A stretch of DNA of 64,000 bases from Cryomorphaceae bacterium (GTDB taxonomy: Bacteria > Bacteroidota > Bacteroidia > Flavobacteriales_D > Crocinitomicaceae), in assembly GCA_027485415.1 (NCBI GenBank), contig JAIXRC010000031.1, positions 4,084 to 68,083 on the forward strand. Reading direction: 5' to 3'. Below the pieces are notes generated by a model, which did not search any database, was not told the origin of the DNA, and worked only from the letters and a program-made list of their open reading frames with translations. This document shows positions 19,704 to 28,084 of the stretch, piece after piece. Every line of letters starts with the position of its first letter. Position 1 is the stretch's first letter. The position numbers and the translations under genes are program-made.

Positions 19704-20596
19704 ACCGCAGGCGATTTTTAGGAACCACAGGACTGGCGACCTTGGGCGTTTTAAGCGGAAGCTTGGACCTTCGGGCTCAAACCTTGGCAAAGGGTAAAAA
19801 ACTAACCATCCTCCACACCAACGATACGCATTCGAACATCGATCCATTTCCCATGTCGCATGCGAAGTACCCTGGAATGGGTGGCGTAGCCAAAAGAGCT
19901 GCGTTGATTGAAAAAATCCGCGCAGAAGAGGAACACGTGTTGTTGTTGGATTCCGGTGACATCTTTCAAGGAACGCCTTACTTCAACAAATACCATGGTG
20001 TACTCGAAATGAAACTCATGAGCGCCATGCAATACGATGCTGCGACCATGGGCAACCACGATTTTGACATCGGATTAGATGGGTTTAAAAAGGCACAGCA
20101 ACATGCCAATTTTCCCTTTCTATGCAGCAACTACGATTTTAAGAATACGCTCCTCGAAGGCGCAACACTGCCTCATTTAATCGTGAAGAAAGGTGGGCTT
20201 CGGATTGGATTATTTGGCATTGGAGTTAACCTTGAGGGATTAGCAGGAAAGGCTAATTACGGAGGAATGAACTACCTCGACCCCGTTCAAGTAGCCAACG
20301 ATACAGCGAAGTACCTGAAAGAAAAAAACTGTGATCTCATCGTATGCTTATCGCATTTAGGCTTTGAATATGCTTCGAATCAAATATCGGATAAGGTATT
20401 GGCATCCCAAAGCAGCAATATACACTTCATTTTAGGGGGACATACCCACACCTTCTTAGAAAAGCCCTTGCTTACAGAAAACCGCGATAAAAAGCCGGTA
20501 TTAATCAACCAAACAGGATGGGCAGGCTTATTCCTTGGAAGGATCGATATTGATTTTCAAAAAGCTATTTTCAGCCATGAAATGATGGTCGTTTAA
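19700..20596 (+). CDS. Metallophosphoesterase (5'-nucleotidase N-terminal catalytic domain) with Tat-type signal
   Basis: 298-aa ORF. Twin-arginine leader MNRRRFLGTTGLATLGV. Calcineurin-like motifs ILHTNDTHS, DSGDIFQGT, GNHDFD and GGHTH. ATGA overlap with the upstream gene. Confidence 0.85.
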   Translation: MNRRRFLGTTGLATLGVLSGSLDLRAQTLAKGKKLTILHTNDTHSNIDPFPMSHAKYPGMGGVAKRAALIEKIRAEEEHVLLLDSGDIFQGTPYFNKYHGVLEMKLMSAMQYDAATMGNHDFDIGLDGFKKAQQHANFPFLCSNYDFKNTLLEGATLPHLIVKKGGLRIGLFGIGVNLEGLAGKANYGGMNYLDPVQVANDTAKYLKEKNCDLIVCLSHLGFEYASNQISDKVLASQSSNIHFILGGHTHTFLEKPLLTENRDKKPVLINQTGWAGLFLGRIDIDFQKAIFSHEMMVV

Positions 20597-20605
20597 GGGA
20601 GTTGT

Positions 20606-21535
20606 TTATTTTTCAACTTTTTGAAAATCGTTTATTTCGTCAACATTTAACTCCATTTTGCCTTTACGATTAATGCGCGGCAGTATTGGTTCAAATTTTG
20701 CATCCATTATAAGGTCTTTATATGTGTAGGAATGTCTTGAATGCACGGTTTGTTCATAGGTATCATTAATCGACTTGATAAAAACCATGATCTCCACGTC
20801 ATTCTTTTCATAATCTTCCAAAGAAAAACCGAAAAGAGGACTTTCACTATGTATTGGATGAACAATCGTCCAAGTTAACGCGAGAAAACTAATTTTCCGA
20901 AGTTCTAAATCCAAGGGAATAAACACCCTTTTACCCGATTCCCAATCGATCATCGATAATATAACTTGTGCTTCCGCCTCAATTAGTTCGTTCTGCTTTG
21001 GATTGGTGATACGAAACATCAATCCTTTCAACGTTTTGTAGGGAGAAATCAGAACGTTGCGGCTGTACATCAGAAAACTTCGAGGCCTTGAAAAACGCGC
21101 ATACAAAATCCCCGTGGCTAGCGCAAAGCCCATTAAACCTAAGGCAGCCTCAACTGTTGCTAAGGCTCCCGCAATATTGCCTTTAGGAAAAATATGACCA
21201 TACCCAACCGTGGTTAAGGTTTGAGCGCTAAAGAAAAACAACTGCATGAAATCATTGAAGGGAGTTGAGGTTTGGACATTCCCAAAATGATCAATGCCTA
21301 TCCAATAGTAAAGGCTTGCAAATAGAAGGTTTATCAGTAAAAAACCGAGTATTACCAATATTAAAAACTTGGTGCGAGGCATCGTAATTAAGGCATGATA
21401 TCCATCGAAATTTTGCCAAAATTTTCGGCCTTTTCGCCGGACATTCACTGAACCATCGTTGTTAATATATCGAGAATTGGTGGCGTAGTTTTTCGTTCCA
21501 AAACCTATTTCGTCCGTCGATTTATCCTTTTCCAT
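20606..21535 (-). CDS. Inward-rectifier-type potassium channel (KirBac-like)
   Basis: 309-aa ORF. Two TM helices flank the selectivity filter TTVGYGH. A cytoplasmic Ig-like Kir C-terminal domain follows. Confidence 0.85.
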   Translation of the reverse strand: MEKDKSTDEIGFGTKNYATNSRYINNDGSVNVRRKGRKFWQNFDGYHALITMPRTKFLILVILGFLLINLLFASLYYWIGIDHFGNVQTSTPFNDFMQLFFFSAQTLTTVGYGHIFPKGNIAGALATVEAALGLMGFALATGILYARFSRPRSFLMYSRNVLISPYKTLKGLMFRITNPKQNELIEAEAQVILSMIDWESGKRVFIPLDLELRKISFLALTWTIVHPIHSESPLFGFSLEDYEKNDVEIMVFIKSINDTYEQTVHSRHSYTYKDLIMDAKFEPILPRINRKGKMELNVDEINDFQKVEK

Positions 21536-21673
21536 GCCTTAAAAATAATGGATTTTACGGAGTCTGAACGGTTCCAAACAAAACAACATTAATTCAAAAA
21601 AAGTACCCGGTTAAACTTCCGTTAAATGTCGAATTGAGATCCCACTCATGGCATTTTAAAAGGATAAAGTCCC

Positions 21674-21681
21674 TAATTTTG
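21674..21681 (+). promoter_or_regulatory. Bacteroidota -7 promoter motif TAatTTTG upstream of phoD
   Basis: Exact TAnnTTTG match, 20 nt upstream of the TTG start at 21702. Confidence 0.45.
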
Positions 21682-21701
21682 ATACAACAAACCTACTCAC
21701 C

Positions 21702-23507
21702 TTGAAAATCAAACTCTTAGCCGCAACCACGCTTATTCTTTTGGGCCAATTTAAGGCTCAGACCAGCGTTACCCCTCAAGAGTGCATCGCACCGTTTTAC
21801 CATGGCGTGGCCTCAGGCGACCCCTTGAGCGATCGCGTAATTATCTGGACACGGGTTACTCCAGTGGATTATGGCCAAACATTAACCGGTACCTACCAGG
21901 TAGCCACTGATGATCAATTTACCAATGTGGTGGCCAACGGTAGTTTTAGTACGGATTCCACCAAAGACTTTACCGTAAAAATCGATGTAACAGGACTTAA
22001 TCCCAACACCTTTTACTACTACGAATTCGAACACAACGGGGCCTACAGTTTGGTCGGAAGAACCAAAACACTGCCCCTTGGAAATGTAAGTAATATGCGC
22101 CTTGCTGTCGTTTCTTGTGCCAGTTTAGAATCTGGGTATTTTAATTCCTACGATGCCATTGCTCAGCGCAACGATGTGGATGCAGTGCTCATGCTTGGCG
22201 ATTACATCTACGAATACGAAAGCCAAGGATTTGGCCCAAATGCCAATGTGGATCGAACATGGGAGCCCGCCGTTGAGATAACAGAACTGAACGAATACCG
22301 TTTGAGGTATAATTCGTACCGATTGGATTATGCCTTACGCAAATTACACCAAAACTTTCCGTGGATCTGCATTTGGGATGACCACGAAACAGCGAACGAT
22401 GCTTACACCGGGGGTGCGGGAAACCACCAAGGCAACGAAGGCCCGTGGAACCAACGCATGGAAGCAGGGAAACGCGCCTATTTTGAATGGATTCCCATTC
22501 GACCGAAAGCTCCGGGAAACCAGGAGATTTTTAGGACCTTTGAACTGGGGGACCTTGCCAAAATCATCATGCTCGATACGCGTTTGGAGGGAAGGGAAGA
22601 ACAACTGGGCGCGAACGATCCGAACTTTACAGACACGAGCAGAACCCTATTGGGAACACCGCAATTGAATTGGTTTAAAAACGAACTGAGTACCACGACC
22701 CAGCCATGGAAAATCATAGGAAATCAAGTCATGATAGGAGCCGTTGAAATTTTAGGAACCCCCATTAATACCGACTCTTGGGACGGTTATCCAGCAGAAA
22801 GGCAGAAATTGTTCGACCACCTTTCGACCAACAACATCGACAATACGGTCGTGCTAACTGGCGACATTCATACCAGCTGGGCTTTGGACCTGAAAAATGG
22901 GAATATTCCGGTAGGAGTTGAAATGGTCACACCCAGTGTTACTTCACCGGGATCACCGATTAACTTATCCGCTTTAATAACCGTTCAAAATCCGCACATC
23001 AAATACGTAGAACTCACCAAAAAAGGGTTCATTTTGGTGGATATCACGCCTCAACAAGTTCAGGGCGATTGGTATAATGTCAATACCATTGATCAAATGG
23101 ATGCTTCCAACAGCTGCGTTAAATCCTACGTTACGAATGCGGGCAGCAATGTGCTAACCTTAGCCAATGTCCCAGCAACAGGTCATGGCGCGTTTCCGCA
23201 AGCCCTTGCAGGTCCTTGCAACCGATTCTATGTTGGTTTGAATGAAGCACCCAAAGGCGTAATTTTGGGCTTGTATCCTAACCCAAGTGCCGACTTGATT
23301 AAACTGCAAACGCATCAGATTCCGCTCGAAACAATTTACGCTGTTGCATCGGATGGAACTCGGATTCCTCTTCAACATGCCACAAGCACTTGGGAAAACG
23401 GCACCACCATCACCTCGGTAGATATTCGTTCACTGATGCCAGGAAATTATTTCTTGGTTTTTGGGAGTGACACGAATCGTCATACTCTACCCATCATTAA
23501 ACAGTAA
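21702..23507 (+). CDS. phoD: Alkaline phosphatase D with T9SS type A sorting domain
   Basis: 601-aa ORF (TTG start per ORF track). PhoD N-terminal signature FYHGVASGDPLSDRVIIWTRV. Metallophosphatase core (GDYIYE, WDDHE, VVLTGDIHTSW). C-terminal LYPNPSADLIKL...GNYFLVFGSD is a CTD. Confidence 0.9.
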   Translation: MKIKLLAATTLILLGQFKAQTSVTPQECIAPFYHGVASGDPLSDRVIIWTRVTPVDYGQTLTGTYQVATDDQFTNVVANGSFSTDSTKDFTVKIDVTGLNPNTFYYYEFEHNGAYSLVGRTKTLPLGNVSNMRLAVVSCASLESGYFNSYDAIAQRNDVDAVLMLGDYIYEYESQGFGPNANVDRTWEPAVEITELNEYRLRYNSYRLDYALRKLHQNFPWICIWDDHETANDAYTGGAGNHQGNEGPWNQRMEAGKRAYFEWIPIRPKAPGNQEIFRTFELGDLAKIIMLDTRLEGREEQLGANDPNFTDTSRTLLGTPQLNWFKNELSTTTQPWKIIGNQVMIGAVEILGTPINTDSWDGYPAERQKLFDHLSTNNIDNTVVLTGDIHTSWALDLKNGNIPVGVEMVTPSVTSPGSPINLSALITVQNPHIKYVELTKKGFILVDITPQQVQGDWYNVNTIDQMDASNSCVKSYVTNAGSNVLTLANVPATGHGAFPQALAGPCNRFYVGLNEAPKGVILGLYPNPSADLIKLQTHQIPLETIYAVASDGTRIPLQHATSTWENGTTITSVDIRSLMPGNYFLVFGSDTNRHTLPIIKQ

Positions 23508-23510
23508 AGA

Positions 23511-26500
23511 ATGCAACGGTTCATTGCTGTTTTGTTCCTTTGTTATGTCGGATATTTTTACTGCCAACTACCATGTGGAGGAAGCACCTTTACCTTAACC
23601 AACTCCCAATTGGGTACCGTGTCTTCCAATGTCAGCAGCTACACCTATTCAATGGCAACCTTCAACATGCCGTTCAACGTATTCGTTCAAAAAACTTCGG
23701 GAAACGGGCCTAATTTTTACCCGTACGGCGCCAACTCACTTTGGGTAGGAAAGGACAACAACGTGAACTTGGATTCTGTCGTGGTGGAAATCACGTTTAC
23801 GGGTGAAGTATACGGAGTTATGTTGGATTTCGGGGCCATCAACAACAATGTTGACGGAGAAGAACAAATTCAACGGATTTATCCTAAATTATCCAACGGA
23901 CAACTGCTGACCCAAGGGGTAACATACACCTACCAACCCGGTGTACCCAGTGGTACTGTTGGTGGAACCTATTTTGTCAACAGTTCGAAAACCATTAGAG
24001 CCTATTCGGGAAATGCAGACGATGGACGGTTGATTATTTCGGCATCCACGCCTTTCAAAAAAATCCGTTTCACCCAACGTGAAATCAGTGCTTTGAGCGT
24101 ATCTGGTCCCAATGGCATTTTGGTAAAACGCATTTCCTATTGTCCGGTCATTCCCGACATTGCCGTTTCGGTACAAAATATTAACCAATCCATGAATTCC
24201 ACGTCATCGTTCGGTACCGTAGGAATTGGAAATAGCGTTACAAAAACCTTTCAAATCTCAAACCAAGGAACGGGTAACTTAACCCTTAACTCATTTAATC
24301 TCACCAACGGAGTCCACTGGCAAATCTTGAACAATCCAAGCCTAACCGTTGCTCCATTGGATACCGTTTTCCTAAATGTAGCCTTCGCACCCACCGCTTC
24401 GGGGAATTTAAGCGACCAAATAACCTTCACATCCAACGATTGGAACGAAGCCAGTTACCCCATCAATCTAAGTGGAATCGGCGTTGCATCTCAGCTGCAA
24501 CTGCAACACCTGGGACAAAGCATTCCCGCCTCAGGGACCATTAACGTCGACAGCACCTTGTTGGGAACTTCCTTAACGGATTCGGTTTATTTGTTCAACA
24601 ACGGACTGGGCACTTTAGCTATTAACGGAGTGCAAATTTCTGGCTCCTCCTTTGCGTGGGTTCCTTCGGTCATGCCCATCAGCCTTGCCCCCGGCAGCGG
24701 TCAATACCTTCATTTTACTTTTACCCCTACAGCGGGAGGTCCTTTAACGGGGTCTCTTCAACTGCAATCCAACGATCCAAACAGTCCGCAGTCTTGGGTA
24801 TTGAACGGTTATGGAATCAATCCCTTTGCTGCAACCCCAGAAATACAAGTAATTTATAATTCTTCGGATTTTGCCAACGGAGCGGTATTAAATTTTGGAG
24901 GGTGTACGGCTGGCAACACGCTCACCCTTCCGATTACGATCAAAAACATCGGCCTTGCAAACCTCCTATTGTCCAATCCCCAAAGCTCGAGTGCCATGTT
25001 CTCTTTTGGAAGCTCTATTGCAGGTACATTGGCCCCCGGTGCATCGATCAATACCACCGTGCAATTTACGCCAAGTATTATTGGCCTAACGAATGGAACT
25101 CTTTATTTTACGACCAATGACCTGGATGAGAATCCCTTTGTTTTGCACTTGGTGGGAACAGGAATGGCACCAAACCTGAGCAATTGTCAGGGTTGTAACC
25201 ATCTCAAAGTCAATTCTAATCCTATGCACAAAGCTGAATGGGTGGATAACCTTCCGATTTTGGAGTGGCAACACGAGGAAGGTAAGGGTATCGCTTATTA
25301 CAAAGTTGAACTTTGGAAAATCAGCAATGCAAACAATACGGAAGTTGCAGTGGCCATAAACGGAAACCTCATCAATACCGTTAACGCACCGAATTCTGTG
25401 AGCCATGCAAAGTTGGTAGTAACTATACCTCTACTCTACAAAACCTTGTACAGCTGGCGTGTGACGGCTTTTACTACAAACCACCTCCCTTTGGCCTGTT
25501 TCAAGCGCCAATTTACCACCATTCCAAAACCTAATCCTTTGCCCTTAACTTGTTCGGGGGTGCCCGCTGGCGTAGATCCCTTCGGAACCAAATTAGGTGC
25601 AGTCAACAACGTACCTGTTTATAAAAACGGTGGGTGCGAAAACGGAATTTACAATAAATCAAGTACGTTGATCAGTAGCCAAAGCGGCTGGACTTACGGG
25701 TGGCAATGTGTGGAATTACCTGCTCGGTATTACTTTACGCGGTACCGTATCAATATTCAAGGGGGCAACGGCAAGGATTACTTTGATGTTACAGGAAACC
25801 GAAAAGGATTGCGGCAAATGACCAATGGACTTACAACTTCTGCACCAAAACCCGAGGACATGATTACGTTCATGCGAGCTGATCCAACTTCAGCCGGACA
25901 TGTCTCGGTAGTTAAAAACGTTAGTCCCTCCATAAGCCTTAACGTTGCCAATTATACCATAAAAACATTCCAACAAAATTGGGGGAGCAATGTCGCGCAG
26001 CATTTGAATTATTCCATTGCACTAAAATTCCAAGCTGGAAAATGGAAAGCGACCAGTACCTACCCTACCACGAGAGGTTGGGTTCGAGCGGTGCCTGAAA
26101 TTGTAACTCCCGGATCAACGAACAGCATACCAACCATTAGCACTACCACGCCCACCTTCACATGGATCAAGCATAATAATATCAAAGGATATAATGTTCG
26201 TTTGTACCGCCTTAACGGCACATGCTACCAACAGGTTGGAAATACGATCAGCATCACAGGAAACCAAATCAACGGGCTTGGATTCCCTGCATTAACGCCC
26301 GGTGCAACCTACAAATGGACCGTAGAAAATATATACTACAACGTGGCCCCCATTGTTTTTAATCAGAGTACGAGCATCTCCAGTTCTGCGGTAAAATCCG
26401 TATTAAGCGACAATTACTATTTCAAAGTAAGCGCCAGTGCTCAAGGGGGCAATGTTGGTCCGGTTGCTGTTAGCGGTGGTGCGGTGGCAAATCTCTTCCT

Positions 26501-27830
26501 ACAGAGCGTTGCATCGCCCCTCAACGGTACCTCGATTTTCATTAAAAACCACAACGATTGGGTATACCTCGACGAAACCCATGGAAACGGAGCCACTGAC
26601 ATATTGCAGGAATTTTCTCCAAAAATAGGTGATTCAATCGCCCTCATCCGGCCAGGTTTTTATCCGATGACCTACGCATTGAGCAGCACCAATATTGCGG
26701 ACAAAATGAAGGTTCCAATGATTGAGCAGTCCCCTGCCATCAAATTTTCAGTGAGCCATGAACATCGATTGGGTCAGACCTTATTAAAAATTGAAGGCGC
26801 CCATTGGAAAGGCTTTCGCATGGCACAAGAGGGTGACTTCAGCTCAGAAATTTGGCCTTCGAATACGCTTGAAATTCCCGTTCGCTTGAATCCTGGCATG
26901 AACTATTTTCAGTTCTTGGTTTTCAACGACCATGACACCCTTTTAATCTCCGACAAATGGTTATTTACCGATCCGAATAATCCCACTCGAAAAATTCAAT
27001 TGGTGAATCGCAACAACCATGAAGTCAGCATATACATCGATGGGGATTACTACCAACACGTAAGTGCCAACACCTTGCTTACATTACCTGAAGGGGCCTA
27101 CACTTTAACCCTAACATCGCCGGGATACAAGCTTGTACGTTTTATAGTGGAAAGCGACACCTTATTGGTGTATCAACCAGAGCTTCTCCCAAGTGAACGC
27201 ATCGATACGGTGTTCGAATCGAACCCAGCGACGGCTCATTACCTCGGGGCGGGATTGAGCTTTCACTCCTCAGCAAAAGAAAACGTGAACCTTCGCATTA
27301 CCGAAGTTGCTGAAATCGTTGAACTCAATCCCTGGAGCGAAGTCCTTGAAATCTCAACAAACCCGTGTTGCTGGGATGCTGCTTGGTTCATAGACAAATG
27401 CCAACAACCTGAACGCCTTGCCTTGTGGGTTTCAGATGGGGTTCATACCAAGGTTTTGGAGTCCGAAGCTTGGGGAGATAGCATTGTGTATGATCCTGAA
27501 TATCAAATTCTAAAATTGAAGCATTGGTCGGCTTCGTGGAAGGTAGCCTTGATTACCTCACCAAGGAATTCCATGAATGGATTGAGTTCAAATTTCTCTG
27601 TACTTCCGAATCCCAGTTCTGGCGAAAAGGTGGTGATAGCGCAAGGTTTAGGCTTAGCAACGTGTTGGTTCAGAGCCATCGATGGGACAGGAAAACTGGT
27701 GGTTTCCGAACAACTTACCTTCGACATGGGAGCAACTACCCTGAACCTGCAAGGACTTTCACCGGGTGCTTACGTATTTCAATTTGAAACTTCCCAAGGG
27801 ACTGAACAGCTTAGATTTGTTCGTCAGTAG
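23511..27830 (+). CDS. Very large T9SS cargo protein with ASH/HYDIN-like Ig repeats and an internal CHAP (cysteine/histidine peptidoglycan amidase-peptidase) domain
   Basis: 1439-aa ORF starting 3 nt after the phoD stop. About four repeats of the type FGTVGIGNSVTKTFQISNQGTGNLTL...ITFTSND. CHAP-like core GWQCVELPARYYF...PKPEDMITF...SAGHVSVVKNV...FQQNWG around nt 25600-26100. C-terminal FSVLPNPSSGEKVV...GAYVFQFETSQG is a CTD. Confidence 0.75.
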   Translation: MQRFIAVLFLCYVGYFYCQLPCGGSTFTLTNSQLGTVSSNVSSYTYSMATFNMPFNVFVQKTSGNGPNFYPYGANSLWVGKDNNVNLDSVVVEITFTGEVYGVMLDFGAINNNVDGEEQIQRIYPKLSNGQLLTQGVTYTYQPGVPSGTVGGTYFVNSSKTIRAYSGNADDGRLIISASTPFKKIRFTQREISALSVSGPNGILVKRISYCPVIPDIAVSVQNINQSMNSTSSFGTVGIGNSVTKTFQISNQGTGNLTLNSFNLTNGVHWQILNNPSLTVAPLDTVFLNVAFAPTASGNLSDQITFTSNDWNEASYPINLSGIGVASQLQLQHLGQSIPASGTINVDSTLLGTSLTDSVYLFNNGLGTLAINGVQISGSSFAWVPSVMPISLAPGSGQYLHFTFTPTAGGPLTGSLQLQSNDPNSPQSWVLNGYGINPFAATPEIQVIYNSSDFANGAVLNFGGCTAGNTLTLPITIKNIGLANLLLSNPQSSSAMFSFGSSIAGTLAPGASINTTVQFTPSIIGLTNGTLYFTTNDLDENPFVLHLVGTGMAPNLSNCQGCNHLKVNSNPMHKAEWVDNLPILEWQHEEGKGIAYYKVELWKISNANNTEVAVAINGNLINTVNAPNSVSHAKLVVTIPLLYKTLYSWRVTAFTTNHLPLACFKRQFTTIPKPNPLPLTCSGVPAGVDPFGTKLGAVNNVPVYKNGGCENGIYNKSSTLISSQSGWTYGWQCVELPARYYFTRYRINIQGGNGKDYFDVTGNRKGLRQMTNGLTTSAPKPEDMITFMRADPTSAGHVSVVKNVSPSISLNVANYTIKTFQQNWGSNVAQHLNYSIALKFQAGKWKATSTYPTTRGWVRAVPEIVTPGSTNSIPTISTTTPTFTWIKHNNIKGYNVRLYRLNGTCYQQVGNTISITGNQINGLGFPALTPGATYKWTVENIYYNVAPIVFNQSTSISSSAVKSVLSDNYYFKVSASAQGGNVGPVAVSGGAVANLFLQSVASPLNGTSIFIKNHNDWVYLDETHGNGATDILQEFSPKIGDSIALIRPGFYPMTYALSSTNIADKMKVPMIEQSPAIKFSVSHEHRLGQTLLKIEGAHWKGFRMAQEGDFSSEIWPSNTLEIPVRLNPGMNYFQFLVFNDHDTLLISDKWLFTDPNNPTRKIQLVNRNNHEVSIYIDGDYYQHVSANTLLTLPEGAYTLTLTSPGYKLVRFIVESDTLLVYQPELLPSERIDTVFESNPATAHYLGAGLSFHSSAKENVNLRITEVAEIVELNPWSEVLEISTNPCCWDAAWFIDKCQQPERLALWVSDGVHTKVLESEAWGDSIVYDPEYQILKLKHWSASWKVALITSPRNSMNGLSSNFSVLPNPSSGEKVVIAQGLGLATCWFRAIDGTGKLVVSEQLTFDMGATTLNLQGLSPGAYVFQFETSQGTEQLRFVRQ

Positions 27831-28035
27831 GGATAATGAGTTGGTCCATCAAACATTGGAGAGCTTAGAATACCGAGTATTCCGGCAGAAGGGCCGATTG
27901 TGTGCGAAATCACCTCAAATCCAATTACTCCATCCAATGCGATGGGTAAAATCATCCATTTGGATATTCGTACCCTACCATTTCGGCCCAATGGGATAAA
28001 TGAAAATTTACATAGAACGATAAATTTTACGAATA

Positions 28036-28064
28036 TAAAAAAAGGGAGCTAGGCTCCCCTTTTC
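28036..28064. terminator. Bidirectional terminator-like hairpin between convergent genes
   Basis: aaaaaaagggagc-tag-gctcccctttt: a GC stem flanked by an A-run on one side and a T-run on the other. Located between the convergent genes ending at 27830 and 28085. Confidence 0.55.
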
Positions 28065-28084
28065 AATATCCGATTAAAAGTTCT

